DNA of 64,000 nt from Vairimorpha necatrix (taxonomy: Eukaryota): assembly GCA_036630325.1 (NCBI GenBank), contig CP142733.1, positions 930,001-994,000 on the forward strand. The letters run 5' to 3'. Under the pieces are notes generated by a model. It was not told the DNA's origin. It saw nothing but the letters and a program-made list of their open reading frames with translations, and did not search any database. This document shows, piece by piece, positions 13,523-24,110 of this stretch. The translations under genes were made by a program, and so were the position numbers. Each line of letters begins with the position of its first letter. Within the stretch, counting starts at the first letter, position 1.

Positions 13523-13774
13523 GAAAAATTAAACTTTTAATTTTATTTATTTTTTAATATACCGTTTAACGGATTCTATAAATTAAGTTTAAAATGTATA
13601 AAATCTAAAATACTTAAAGAATATATATAATTGCGGATCATTCTAAGAATAATTATACATAGTCTTTTAATTTATAAAATTAAAAAATAAAATTCAATTT
13701 AAAGAAAAAAAAAATTTATTGCAATTTAATATAATTTATAATCAAAAACAATAAAATTTAAATAAATTTCTTTA

Positions 13775-14422
13775 TTATTCTTTAGCGTCTAATACTACGA
13801 TCTTATCGGGTAAAAGAGTAGAAGGGCCAATTATACCTTCGGGATCATGAGGCAACATAATTGACACTTGTATACCAATAACACCCTGCTTAGTATTGAC
13901 AGTAGTAATATGTTTTTTAACGTAGTCTCTAGAAGGCTGGCCGCTTTTAATGACAACACCTTCTAAGAATTTCTTAGTACAAGCTCTTAATCCTTTTAAC
14001 TTACCAGAAATAGTCACGAGACACCCGGTGGCTCCAGCAAACTTGGTATTCTTCAAAACAAGATTGGCTGCTCTCTTATGGGGAATATTAGCAAGCATCT
14101 TCTCTTTAATAAGATTAGCTTGATAAATAGGACATAATCCTTTTTCTACTACTTTATCAATAATAACCACCACATTAGAATCAGGAAGACTAAGACGACT
14201 GGCTACTAAATGTTGAATTTGATTGACTTTCCACTTCTTGTCTCCAATCAAGTCATGAGGCTTAACAACTTTCAAGATTACTTTAACTGGACTTTCTTCA
14301 AGTCTCAATTCTAAAGAACTGAATCCTTCATTGATGAGACATTTTTCAAAGAGTTCTTTGAGTTCAGCAAAGATCATTCCATCAGTTATGAATTTTTTGA
14401 GAATTTTATTATCGTTGCCCAT
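13775..14422 (-). CDS. RPS3: 40S ribosomal protein S3 (uS3)
   Basis: [61 protein letters not shown] upstream. Confidence 0.97.
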   Translation of the reverse strand: MGNDNKILKKFITDGMIFAELKELFEKCLINEGFSSLELRLEESPVKVILKVVKPHDLIGDKKWKVNQIQHLVASRLSLPDSNVVVIIDKVVEKGLCPIYQANLIKEKMLANIPHKRAANLVLKNTKFAGATGCLVTISGKLKGLRACTKKFLEGVVIKSGQPSRDYVKKHITTVNTKQGVIGIQVSIMLPHDPEGIIGPSTLLPDKIVVLDAKE

Positions 14423-14497
14423 TTTAGGGGGGTTAAAAATTTTAAGAAATATTCTAAAAAGTTGACCGTTTTTAATAACAAAAGGCCCTAAAATTCA
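14423..14497. promoter_or_regulatory. 75-bp divergent promoter region between RPS3 and GLE1-like
   Basis: GGGGGG next to the RPS3 ATG (CCC on the minus strand) and GGCCC shortly before the GLE1 ATG, with an AT-rich centre. Confidence 0.65.
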
Positions 14498-15562
14498 ATG
14501 GATGAATTTGAAGAAATTGAACGTGAAAGGAAGAAAAAAGTGCTTTATTTAATAGAAAAATCAAAAAGAGAAAGAGAAAATATAAATAAAAAAACAGAAG
14601 AAAATAAAGTAACGAGGAACAATTTAGCGGAAAATAGTGTACAAAGATTTACAATGGCGAATAATGTACAAAACTTTGCAATGACGAATAATATTTATAA
14701 CTTGCAAAAGTCAAGTTATTTAGAAAATCAATGTTCTAATAACAATCAACACACATTTGGGGCGACAAGTAATATGGAAAACAATATTACGAAAGGTCAT
14801 GTTCTATGTGCCCCCGAACAAATAGAAGAAACTACACAATATAAAAATTTAAATGACATAAAATTCCCAAAGAGTGTCAATTGGGATTTCAACATTAATT
14901 TGTCAGAATTTTACATAGAAAATTTTTCATATTTTTCCAAATATCTGGAAATCGAAAAATCAATAAAAAATGAAAAAGACAAAATGCCAAGATCCGAATT
15001 ATTAAAAATCAAAATGGAAGTCAATAAAAGACTTAATCAACTTAACAATGATTATAATAAGATTTTATCTCTCTCAAGATTCCTTATGGAATATAAAGAA
15101 TCAGTTGTATTTATAGAAACTTTTACACACAAAATTCTAGAACAATCTACTGTTCAAGTTTCAAGACATCAGGAATCTTATAAACAATACAGTTTATTCT
15201 TTAAAATTTTGTATACTAAAGATTTGTTTGTTTTTTATAAAATTAATTTATTAAATAAAAAGTGCAGTGAAAATGGTTTAAAAGGAATGTATTCTGTTTT
15301 TTTCGGTATATTAAAAGAATGTGATTTTATTGACGAGGCATGGGCATTTGCGGCAGGTTTTCTTAATGTTGATAATCACGAATTTGTAGTATTAGAAACA
15401 TATCTTTATATTTTAGGAGAATATCTTCTTAGTAGACTTGGAAGTTGGTCTTGTAAACTTTTTCGATATATTAAAATGTTTATTGTAGAAAATATTGAGA
15501 ATCCCGCACAGAAATACAAAATAGAAAAGCAAATAGAAAATCTTTTACGTCTGAATTCATAA
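14498..15562 (+). CDS. GLE1: GLE1-like mRNA export factor
   Basis: Charged and N-rich N-terminus, then KILEQSTVQV..ES, AWAFAAGFLN and LYILGEYLLSRLG..KLFRYI, which resemble the Gle1 C-terminal helical domain. Confidence 0.6.
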   Translation: MDEFEEIERERKKKVLYLIEKSKRERENINKKTEENKVTRNNLAENSVQRFTMANNVQNFAMTNNIYNLQKSSYLENQCSNNNQHTFGATSNMENNITKGHVLCAPEQIEETTQYKNLNDIKFPKSVNWDFNINLSEFYIENFSYFSKYLEIEKSIKNEKDKMPRSELLKIKMEVNKRLNQLNNDYNKILSLSRFLMEYKESVVFIETFTHKILEQSTVQVSRHQESYKQYSLFFKILYTKDLFVFYKINLLNKKCSENGLKGMYSVFFGILKECDFIDEAWAFAAGFLNVDNHEFVVLETYLYILGEYLLSRLGSWSCKLFRYIKMFIVENIENPAQKYKIEKQIENLLRLNS

Positions 15563-15722
15563 AAAAAATTCATAGAATAAAAACTTATATTTTATCGACA
15601 TCATACTTTCTAATAAAGTTGTTTATTTCTAGATTAAATATTAATTTTTTTATCTTGTAAGTAAAAAAAGCTTTATATTATTTAATATTACTAAAAAGAT
15701 AATATTTATGATAAGATACTAT

Positions 15723-17546
15723 TTAATAATAATCTTTAATTAATTCATTATCTTTTAATGACTCCCCGCAATTATAACAAACTATCAATAATCTTGGAAA
15801 CACCCCTGTCCAATAATCCACAAAGCCAACAGGGAAACTTTGATAAAAATCTTTTACTGCTTCAGGAATTTGATTATAATGTCTTCCTTTATTTCTTATT
15901 ACTCTAATAAGATCTTTAGCATTATTATAATTATATGTCCTAAATATTTCTAATTCTTCAAGTAGCACATTTTCAAGGAAATTATTCCATGGCATTTCGA
16001 ATATTCGACTTTTATTTCGTTCTAGTTTTCTAGTCTGTGAACTTGAGCCTTCTACAATGTCAGAATAGTTTGCTAAAAAATTGAAAATTTTTTCATGAGA
16101 CCAAAAGTAAGGATGTTTTGATAATTTGATAATTGTCGTACTATTTTTTATAGTGTGGTAAATCAAATCATGCTCTAAAGACATTACTGTTCGTAATTTA
16201 TATTTTCTTATTTTCATATTATTTTCTATTTCTTTTAAATCTGCCTTGTCGTACTTTTTCAAATTATTTTCATTAATTTGTAGAGTATTAGAAATTTCAT
16301 TGAATTTTATATCTTCTTGATTTTTAATATAAAAAAATTTTGGTTTTTTTGATATTTCTTCTTCTATATCGTATGGATGATAACCAGTCATAAAATAATG
16401 TAAAATTATACCTACAGATTGTAAAGTTGAAGCATATTTGTCATCTTCTAAGTACCAGCCTAAGGTGTCGTCATCAGAATAAATATTAAAAAGTATGAAT
16501 CTACCATTTTTCCGTCTAAAATTTATAGGCGAAAAATTTTTATAAAAAATTTTTTGTTCTACTAAATATAAAATGACTTGTACAAATTGGTATAAATCAT
16601 TTTTTGATAAAGAACTAACTCTTTCAGAATATTCAAAGACCATTGTCGGTTTGAAATATGAGTTTTCGCTATATAAAATCTTTTTTATACTAGGATGATC
16701 TATTTTGTTTAAAATGCTTATTTCTTTATAATAACTAGTGTCTCTTCTTTTGAATTTCTTTATTATCGCTTTTTCTGAGTTGTAAACGCCTTTATAAATT
16801 TTGTAATTTGATGTTTCGTAATCTAAAGTACTAAGTTTAATATTTTTTGGTCTATACCAATAGATTAAAAATATTGGTAAAATCAATATAGCCCAATATT
16901 TCAAATAAGAAATCTTTTCTATATTATATTTTGGTGTATAAAGTTGTATTCCTGAATTTGAATAAATTCTATTCATATAATTCGTGCCTTTATATTTTAC
17001 TACGTCGTAAACTGCCACTATATTTTCATCAAAAGTGTATTCTTTTTGATGTATCCAGACAGTCTTTTCGCTTACATTTATGTTTTTTGCAGTACTAAAT
17101 GGAAAATAAATGTATGAAAATGTTTCTATTCTCGTGTATAAAGTTCTACTATCCATGATTTTCAGATCTATAAAAACCATAAATATGATAGTATTAAATT
17201 TTAAGATTGTTTCACATCTGCGTTGTGTCTGGAAAATGATATAATTACAGATTTTTGGTTCTCCTTGGAGACTGTCAATATTAAATGAAAAATTTTCATA
17301 AGTGACAAGTCCGTCGTTTGATATAATAATGTTGTCTATAATACTTTTGTAACTTGTTTGTATTGTGGTTTTATCTCCTACTGCGATAGGTAAAGCAGGC
17401 GTTTTAGATTTTAATTTATTGATTTCGAATTTTTCCATATAGTCATCCTCTATAAAATGAAGAATATTATTGTCAGTTTGGACTATGTTTAAAGAAAACA
17501 CAGACTGAATAAATATCAAATGGAGAATATAAAATAAAGAAGACAT
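15723..17546 (-). CDS. IRE1: IRE1-like ER transmembrane kinase-fold/KEN endoribonuclease
   Basis: Signal peptide, short luminal region, TM helix YWAILILPIFLIYWY, kinase-fold segment, then KEN domain HPYFW...RTY...DLIRVIRNKGRHY...FVDYWTGVFPRLL. Confidence 0.88.
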   Translation of the reverse strand: MSSLFYILHLIFIQSVFSLNIVQTDNNILHFIEDDYMEKFEINKLKSKTPALPIAVGDKTTIQTSYKSIIDNIIISNDGLVTYENFSFNIDSLQGEPKICNYIIFQTQRRCETILKFNTIIFMVFIDLKIMDSRTLYTRIETFSYIYFPFSTAKNINVSEKTVWIHQKEYTFDENIVAVYDVVKYKGTNYMNRIYSNSGIQLYTPKYNIEKISYLKYWAILILPIFLIYWYRPKNIKLSTLDYETSNYKIYKGVYNSEKAIIKKFKRRDTSYYKEISILNKIDHPSIKKILYSENSYFKPTMVFEYSERVSSLSKNDLYQFVQVILYLVEQKIFYKNFSPINFRRKNGRFILFNIYSDDDTLGWYLEDDKYASTLQSVGIILHYFMTGYHPYDIEEEISKKPKFFYIKNQEDIKFNEISNTLQINENNLKKYDKADLKEIENNMKIRKYKLRTVMSLEHDLIYHTIKNSTTIIKLSKHPYFWSHEKIFNFLANYSDIVEGSSSQTRKLERNKSRIFEMPWNNFLENVLLEELEIFRTYNYNNAKDLIRVIRNKGRHYNQIPEAVKDFYQSFPVGFVDYWTGVFPRLLIVCYNCGESLKDNELIKDYY

Positions 17547-17600
17547 TTTCTCTAATAGGGGTAAGTAAATGAAAAAAGATAAAAAGCCCCTTTATGATTT

Positions 17601-17847
17601 TTGTCAGTTACAAATAATAATTTAGATTTGCTCCTATAAAAAAACTTCAAATTTTAAAAACAGTTTCAGTTAAAATTTCAAATTTCATTGTCAGTTAAGA
17701 TGTCAAATTTCCAAAATATTTGTCAGTTACAAAAAATATGAAATTTATAGATATGTATCATTTTAATTCTTTATGTTTTCTATTTAAAAAAATGTTTGTT
17801 TGTCAGTTAAACAAATTAAATTTATACTTTTGTTTATTTGTCAGTTA
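17601..17847. repeat. Array of TTGTCAGTTA motifs between RIO2 and IRE1
   Basis: Exact 10-mers at 17601, 17688, 17720, 17800 and 17838; variant TTTCAGTTA at 17664. Confidence 0.85.
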
Positions 17848-17926
17848 CAAATAAAATTAAGTTTCTAATTTATATGCTGAAATAATACTTATGTAGGTTA
17901 CAAATTATAATTTTAAATTAATATTT

Positions 17927-18763
17927 TTATTCAATTTCTAAAATTTCTTTTAGATTATTTGACACTGTAACAAGTCCATGCTTTTTATTGAAATAACTTT
18001 CTACACATTCAATATCCCTTTTTAAATATTTTGTAGCTTGTTTGTGTGTCTTCACAAGACACTGTGGAAAATCTATGACTTTTATTTTGCCGTCTTTTAC
18101 TAAGACATTAAATTCATTAAAATCCCCGTGGACGAATCCCAAGTCCCACAAATCTTTAATAAATTCGATCATTTTTTTATAAATTATTTCCGGCTCTTTA
18201 GGCTTTATCATGTACAAAGGCTGATAGTCCAATAATTCTAATACGATTATGTGTCTATTAGAGTCTATAAATCTTGGTATATCCAGATCTTTAAATATTT
18301 CGTAATATTCGACTTCTCTCTGACATGACAATTTGTTTATTTTATACCAATCAATTTTCCCTTTTTGATAATCTCTCTTATTTTTTACATTTTTGAAACT
18401 TGTTCTACCTAATCTGTGGATTTTTAGTGCTACATTTTCTCCTTTATATATTCCGCCCCAAATATCAGATTCTTTACCTATTCCTATTCTACATGTCAAT
18501 TTTGTCAATCCGTTATCTCTTAAAGCATTAATTGCTACAGTGTCCATTCCACTAATCGTCAATTTGTAATTTGGTTTTTCATATTTAAGAAATTTCAACT
18601 TAATCAAGTCTTGTAAAAAACAATTAATATTTTGTACTTTTGATTTATTTTTTAATATTTCCATGTCTGATAATTTATTGTGGATATTACAATCTTCTAC
18701 GATGTGTAGAATCTTTAAATGGTTTTTTGAGATTGTAAATACGCCGTCTGTTGATAAAATCAT
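17927..18763 (-). CDS. RIO2: RIO2 atypical kinase (pre-40S maturation)
   Basis: IGIGKESDIW, ALKIHRLGRTSF, VHGDFNEFNV, VIDFPQ, YLKRDIEC. Confidence 0.96.
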   Translation of the reverse strand: MILSTDGVFTISKNHLKILHIVEDCNIHNKLSDMEILKNKSKVQNINCFLQDLIKLKFLKYEKPNYKLTISGMDTVAINALRDNGLTKLTCRIGIGKESDIWGGIYKGENVALKIHRLGRTSFKNVKNKRDYQKGKIDWYKINKLSCQREVEYYEIFKDLDIPRFIDSNRHIIVLELLDYQPLYMIKPKEPEIIYKKMIEFIKDLWDLGFVHGDFNEFNVLVKDGKIKVIDFPQCLVKTHKQATKYLKRDIECVESYFNKKHGLVTVSNNLKEILEIE

Positions 18764-18805
18764 ATTAGTGGGTTATAAAAATTTTTTTTTTTTTTGCCCT
18801 CAAAA
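18764..18805. promoter_or_regulatory. 42-bp divergent promoter region between RIO2 and RPS28
   Basis: GGG at 18770-18772 (CCC for RIO2), then TATAAAAA and a poly-T run, then CCC at 18797-18799 before the RPS28 ATG. Confidence 0.7.
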
Positions 18806-19009
18806 ATGGAAGCCAATTTACAGCAACAATTTTATTGTAAAGTTTTAAAGACAGCAGACAGAGCAGGATCAGCTGGTGCTTTAGTTTTGGTGAGAGTTGA
18901 GCTATTAAATAATGGAAGGAAAATGAATAGACTTATAAAAGGATCAGTAAGAGAAGGAGATATTATAGCTTTATTGGAATGTGAGAGAGAGCACCGTAGA
19001 TCAAGATAA
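18806..19009 (+). CDS. RPS28: 40S ribosomal protein S28 (eS28)
   Basis: KVLK..RAGSAG...VRVEL...[26 protein letters not shown] 18806 follows CCC. Confidence 0.95.
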
Positions 19010-21498
19010 TTAAATTATAATACTTTATAAAAAACACTCTTTTATTTTTTCTTTAGAAAGACCAGTTATATTTAAAATCAAGTTTAAACTTGAATACAGT
19101 AAAAAAAATATGGATAATTTAATAATGACATAAGCAGTCTTATAATATTACAAGAAAGTTTACTTTTATGCACAAATGCTTTTTATTTGTAACAGCATTT
19201 CAAATTTGTTTGTTTTATTGAAAGTGCAAGGGTCAAAAAATAATTCAAAATTCATTGCATAAATAACAAGTACAAAGTAATGTCCAAGCAATTTAACCGA
19301 AAATAATATTCAAATCTTAAAGTAAAAGTCAATATTTCCTACATTTTTAGGCGCTAATTGGTAGAATTTCCCATATAGAAATATTCTAAAACGGATTTAT
19401 GTCCATGTTTTACTTAATTCTGTCATTATAATTTATGCAATATATTTTGGCCCCAAAACTAAGAAATAAAAGATAAGGTCGACAATTACAATAAAGACCA
19501 AGTAAATTAGTAAAAGGCATGAAGATCTAATTTAACTTAAAAAGAAGAAAAGCATAATATTAAAACACAAACTTCCTTATATTAATGGAAATAAAAGCAC
19601 GAAAGAAAAGATCTAAATAATGCTCTGGTTATTTTATCTTTATAAAGAAATAAACACTTATTGTTGACAGGACATTTGTCGTAAAATACTGGACATGGAT
19701 TTTGTGTCTTTAATTTCTACATAAGCATAATCTTAAGACTTAGAATCTTCCTTTTTTTAATTTGATCACAAATGTAAACGAAGAGAAAATTGCCTTGGTA
19801 AAGGAATTCCTTCTTTTTGAAATTATTGTAGACGCAGTTGCTTATTTTTGGTAATAAGATTTGACTTTAGCTGGGAAAGAACATCTTGATTGCTATAATA
19901 AATCGACTTCTCAATTAGACCCTTCAGTAAACACCTTACTTGCTTTTTTACAGATTTCTATCTTACATTCTCTTGTCTTTCTAGTAAACTAGATTACTAC
20001 ACTAGAACAGGTTCTTATGTAGAGGAAGATTTATAATAGAAAATCAAATTACTATAAAATATGTATAAGATTGAATTTTAAAAGGCAAACTATATTTAAA
20101 ATATTGAAAGAAGAGAAGTAATGCTTGCACAAGAGTGCATTGGAGATATATTGATATCATATATAAATAAAACAAGGGCGAGGGATAAAATACCTCTTAA
20201 TGGGAAAATTGTTATCATTTCGAATCCTAAAAATGAAGTGCAAAATTTATCGTCTAAAATTAATCTTAAAAATTCAAATTCAATATAAATAGTATACTAA
20301 ACAAATCAACTTAGTTATATTTATAATGACGAATATGTGTTAATTGTGTATATCTTACTGTATTCTTTAGCGGTTGGTATTTCATAGAAGACAATGAATA
20401 AATTCTCCTCTATAATATAAAAAACATGTCAAATAATTAAAAAATTTTGGGCATGAAAAAAAACTTATTGAATAAAACAATATGTATAAAATTATTTAAA
20501 ACTGGATTTTGTAATTAAACATGTGCTTATTTGGTATTTTTGATACTATAAGTGCTAAGTATATTTTCTCCCTTTTTGCGCTTCATTTTTGCGGTTAGAA
20601 AATTTTTTGAACGCCCTCCTAGGGGGTTTTAAATCCGAGCTCCGTAAAAAAGTACCTAAAAAATTTAGTATAAGAAAAACAGGACCTTTAAATTTGTAAA
20701 TTAAATGCGTTTTAATATTGTTGGAATATAAACATGGGTCCATTTATCATAAATATTTAAATTTCTACATCTCAAATGTCCTCCTTTTTACCTAGGGATG
20801 TATGACAGCTGCTGATGCCGTAGCATATACGTCGAACTAGTTAGATTCTTAATTGACGAGTGAGTCAGACGTGCTACTCTATAGAATCCTGCTGAACGCA
20901 GGTCACAGGCATACCTGTCTATGGTTCTAATAAGGGATAATTTTTCTTCTACAAGCAAGGCCTTTATGATAGCCAATGTATACACATGTTATAGGCTGTT
21001 TAAGTTTTTATTTGTCGGGAGGCTTTTCTTTAATAACCATAAAGTTTTTTTGTTTTTTTCATGTCAAATGTCTCAAAATGGTCACTCCGGATTTGACATT
21101 TATTACATTTTCTACAAATTATTAAACTGTTTTAACATTATAATAAGTCTCAGTTCATTTTTTGAAGGTGATTTTTGTAATACATTTTTAGTCATGTTTT
21201 TTTTTTGTACTCTTGCTTTCATAGAAAAAAAATACGTCCTAGAATCAATATAGTAAATTTTTTTAAAAAACATCTCATCTTAATCGTAAACAATGTATAA
21301 CATCAATTGCCGATTTTATGAAATTAAAGTTTATTTGACATTCTACTGGTCATTTTGACGTGTAACGATAAAAATAAAATTTATTGACTCTAAACCTATA
21401 AAGTATTTATTTTCTAATTTAAGAAAATCACGCTGAAATAAGATTTTGTTTATATAAATTAATTTACAAGTATTTAAAAATTTTTTCTTGCCCCATTT

Positions 21499-22374
21499 AT
21501 GTTTCAATATGTCTTACTGGTCTTAAGTGGAACTCTCGAAAATAATTCAAACAATATTCTCTGGAGAGGTTGGGAAATGCAATCAAGAAACTTTGGTCTT
21601 AATCAAGATGAATTAATGATACAAGCTACAGTGCAAAAAAAATCGTCTTTTTCGTATAATGCGTGTGTATCTAGGGAATTATTAGAAAAAATAGAAGTAT
21701 TCGTTGATCTAATGAAACAAATTTACTTAAACACCGAATCTTACACTGCCCTAAAAAATATTTTTAATTTTGAGGAACGGGCTAAAATTTTTCATGATGC
21801 ATTTCAAAATTGGAAAAAGGAAAAATTTTTATGTCCTGCGGATGTTGGAACTTACAAATTTCCAGAAAAAAACAAGGAATTTATAAAACAAATTGAGACG
21901 AAAATGTGTTATTGTAAATATAAAAAATGGGTTAATAACTTTAATAAAGTCCTAAATATTAATTTGCCAAAAATTAACGAAGAAATAATAAAATCTAGTA
22001 TAGAAGAAGGATCGAAAAGATTAATAACAAATAATATAAAATATTTGCATGAAGTCATGTCTTATTATAGAAGGCTTCAACCAGAAAATTTAAGCTACGA
22101 ATATAATACAAATACATTGAAACTTTATTATAGGCTGATGGTTAGCAGGTTTCCTTATTTATTTGATTATTTTAATTTATGTGAGAGGTTTATAACACTA
22201 TATGAGTTGATTTTTGAAAACTTTATCAAAAAAGTGGATGATCATTATAAAATGATATGTGAATTGTATCTAATGTCGATGAATTTGATATATGTATTGA
22301 AAAATAGAGAAAATTTTTTAATAGATATAAGAACAAATTTGGCATTGATTGAAACTCTTGAACAGCATCATTAA
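21499..22374 (+). CDS. Secreted paralog family member (WRGW variant motif)
   Basis: CCCC-ATTT-ATG start, hydrophobic N-terminus MFQYVLLVLS, family block RFPYLFDYFNLCERF...YELI...MSMNL. Confidence 0.88.
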   Translation: MFQYVLLVLSGTLENNSNNILWRGWEMQSRNFGLNQDELMIQATVQKKSSFSYNACVSRELLEKIEVFVDLMKQIYLNTESYTALKNIFNFEERAKIFHDAFQNWKKEKFLCPADVGTYKFPEKNKEFIKQIETKMCYCKYKKWVNNFNKVLNINLPKINEEIIKSSIEEGSKRLITNNIKYLHEVMSYYRRLQPENLSYEYNTNTLKLYYRLMVSRFPYLFDYFNLCERFITLYELIFENFIKKVDDHYKMICELYLMSMNLIYVLKNRENFLIDIRTNLALIETLEQHH

Positions 22375-23570
22375 AAAAAATTTATATTAAAATTTTTGTT
22401 ATTTTTTCTACGTGCAAGTAATATAAATAATAGTATGGTTATACTTGAACTAGATCTATCGATTAAATCGTCTTATTTCTCCCAAATCAATATCCTCTAT
22501 AATTTAATTATATTCTCATTATAATTTAATGTCCATATTTTTTATATTTAACTTGATTTTGTATAAAACTTCTGCCCATATAAATACTAAAAACAATTTA
22601 ATTATAACACCTCACCACCCCTTAAGAATTTTTGCGTTTTCACACTCCTTCGACACTAGAGACATTTCTTTTTTAGACTTTATCTGTCTAGACTATTTGT
22701 AAATGCTTCTTGATCTTATTAATGCTTTCAGATAAAAAATTCTTAAAATTTTTTACTGAAACTAGGAAAATTTAAAATGTAAAATAAGCTGCTGAAATAT
22801 ATAAATTCATAGTTCTTACAAATTGTTAAATACGAAATATTTTTTATTCTATTTATTTATAGTTTGTTAATAAAAAAATGTATATTAAAAAAAAACTTAA
22901 ACAAGCTTTTTTGTTAATAGAATAAATTATGCTCAAAGAGGATAAATATAAAGAGATAAATTGTTTTGTAGTACAAAAACATAAAAAAAAACAATAAACT
23001 TAAAAGCTTATTCATAAATTTTTTTGTCTATATTGTGTTCAGAATATATACAGCACTACGCTTATTATACAATTTTAGTTCCACTTCTATTTTTATGGGT
23101 ACTGTATTGAAATAACTTAAAAAACTATTTAGATTAAATATCAGATAGATAGCACATTTAGAAGACATTCATTTCATGTTATTACATAACGTGCTTGTTT
23201 TTTAATTTATAAGATTAAATAAGTAGGTATCCGTATTTTTCATAGAATCTTCGATTCTATTATTCAATAATATGTCTAGAAAATTTTAATAAATATAATC
23301 AAGGTAAAATGGATATAAAGAATGTTTTATCTACAATGTATTTAGCTTTGTTCTTAAAATTAATATAAATATAATGTAACGTTTAAAAAAAGATTTCTTG
23401 TTGGTCCAATATTTACACAGTTTAATAAAGTTATGTTTATATTGGGTTCTTTAATTTTAAGATTTTATAAGAGGTTTTTAGTTTTTTAGAGAAATTTATA
23501 TGATATTATATATATTGCAGAATTTATTATACCTCATGCTTAATTTTATTATTGAAACTTATAAATACTT

Positions 23571-24110
23571 TATTTGGGTATAATATCTTACTTACTAATT
23601 ACTTTTCACAATTTCTTCTGACAGTTCCCGGATTTCCTCCTGAAATCCACATATTGGGTCCAAAATATCCCTTCATATTAAGTTTCAAGTCTATGTCTAA
23701 ATGGCATAGTTAAGCCTTTTAAAGTCATTTTAAGGACTCTTGTCTGCATATATACTTTTATTTTGGGTTCTAATCGGAGCTCTTTGATATGCGAGCGGTG
23801 GAAATTAGTTACTATTCCATCTAAAGTCATCACAAAAAGAATAAATTTCGCCTAAATTTATAGAAAGAAGGCAATGATTTCAAGCAAGTCTTATTTATGT
23901 TTTTTTTCCGGATCTAATGCATGAATGTTGTTAGTGCTTGTGATTTTAATTTAAAAACGATCACTTCTATCCTAAAATTGTCCACAATTAGTATATCAGG
24001 CTTGTTATACTTTATTTCGAAACTTGAATGTATCCTAGTGTCAACTTTTATCTCAACATACTCAATAGCTATACATTCCTAAACTGAGTGATTTCTAAAT
24101 TTTTTAGCAT
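23571..24110 (-). mobile_element. Degraded non-LTR retrotransposon 3' fragment
   Basis: Reverse-complement homology to 11500-12050 (KYNKPDILIVD coding sequence and shared 3' end TATTATACCCAAATAA). Confidence 0.78.

Noticed and set aside
17601..17847. CRISPR-like or intron interpretation of the TTGTCAGTTA repeats
   Set aside because: The context is eukaryotic, the repeats are only 10 bp and irregularly spaced, and there are no cas genes. Splicing GTCAGT...TTTAG (17603-17625) gives only an 18-codon ORF.
19690..20010. Possible RT remnant (KRGI...QG-like) on the minus strand
   Set aside because: Too degenerate to support by eye; needs a tBLASTn search.
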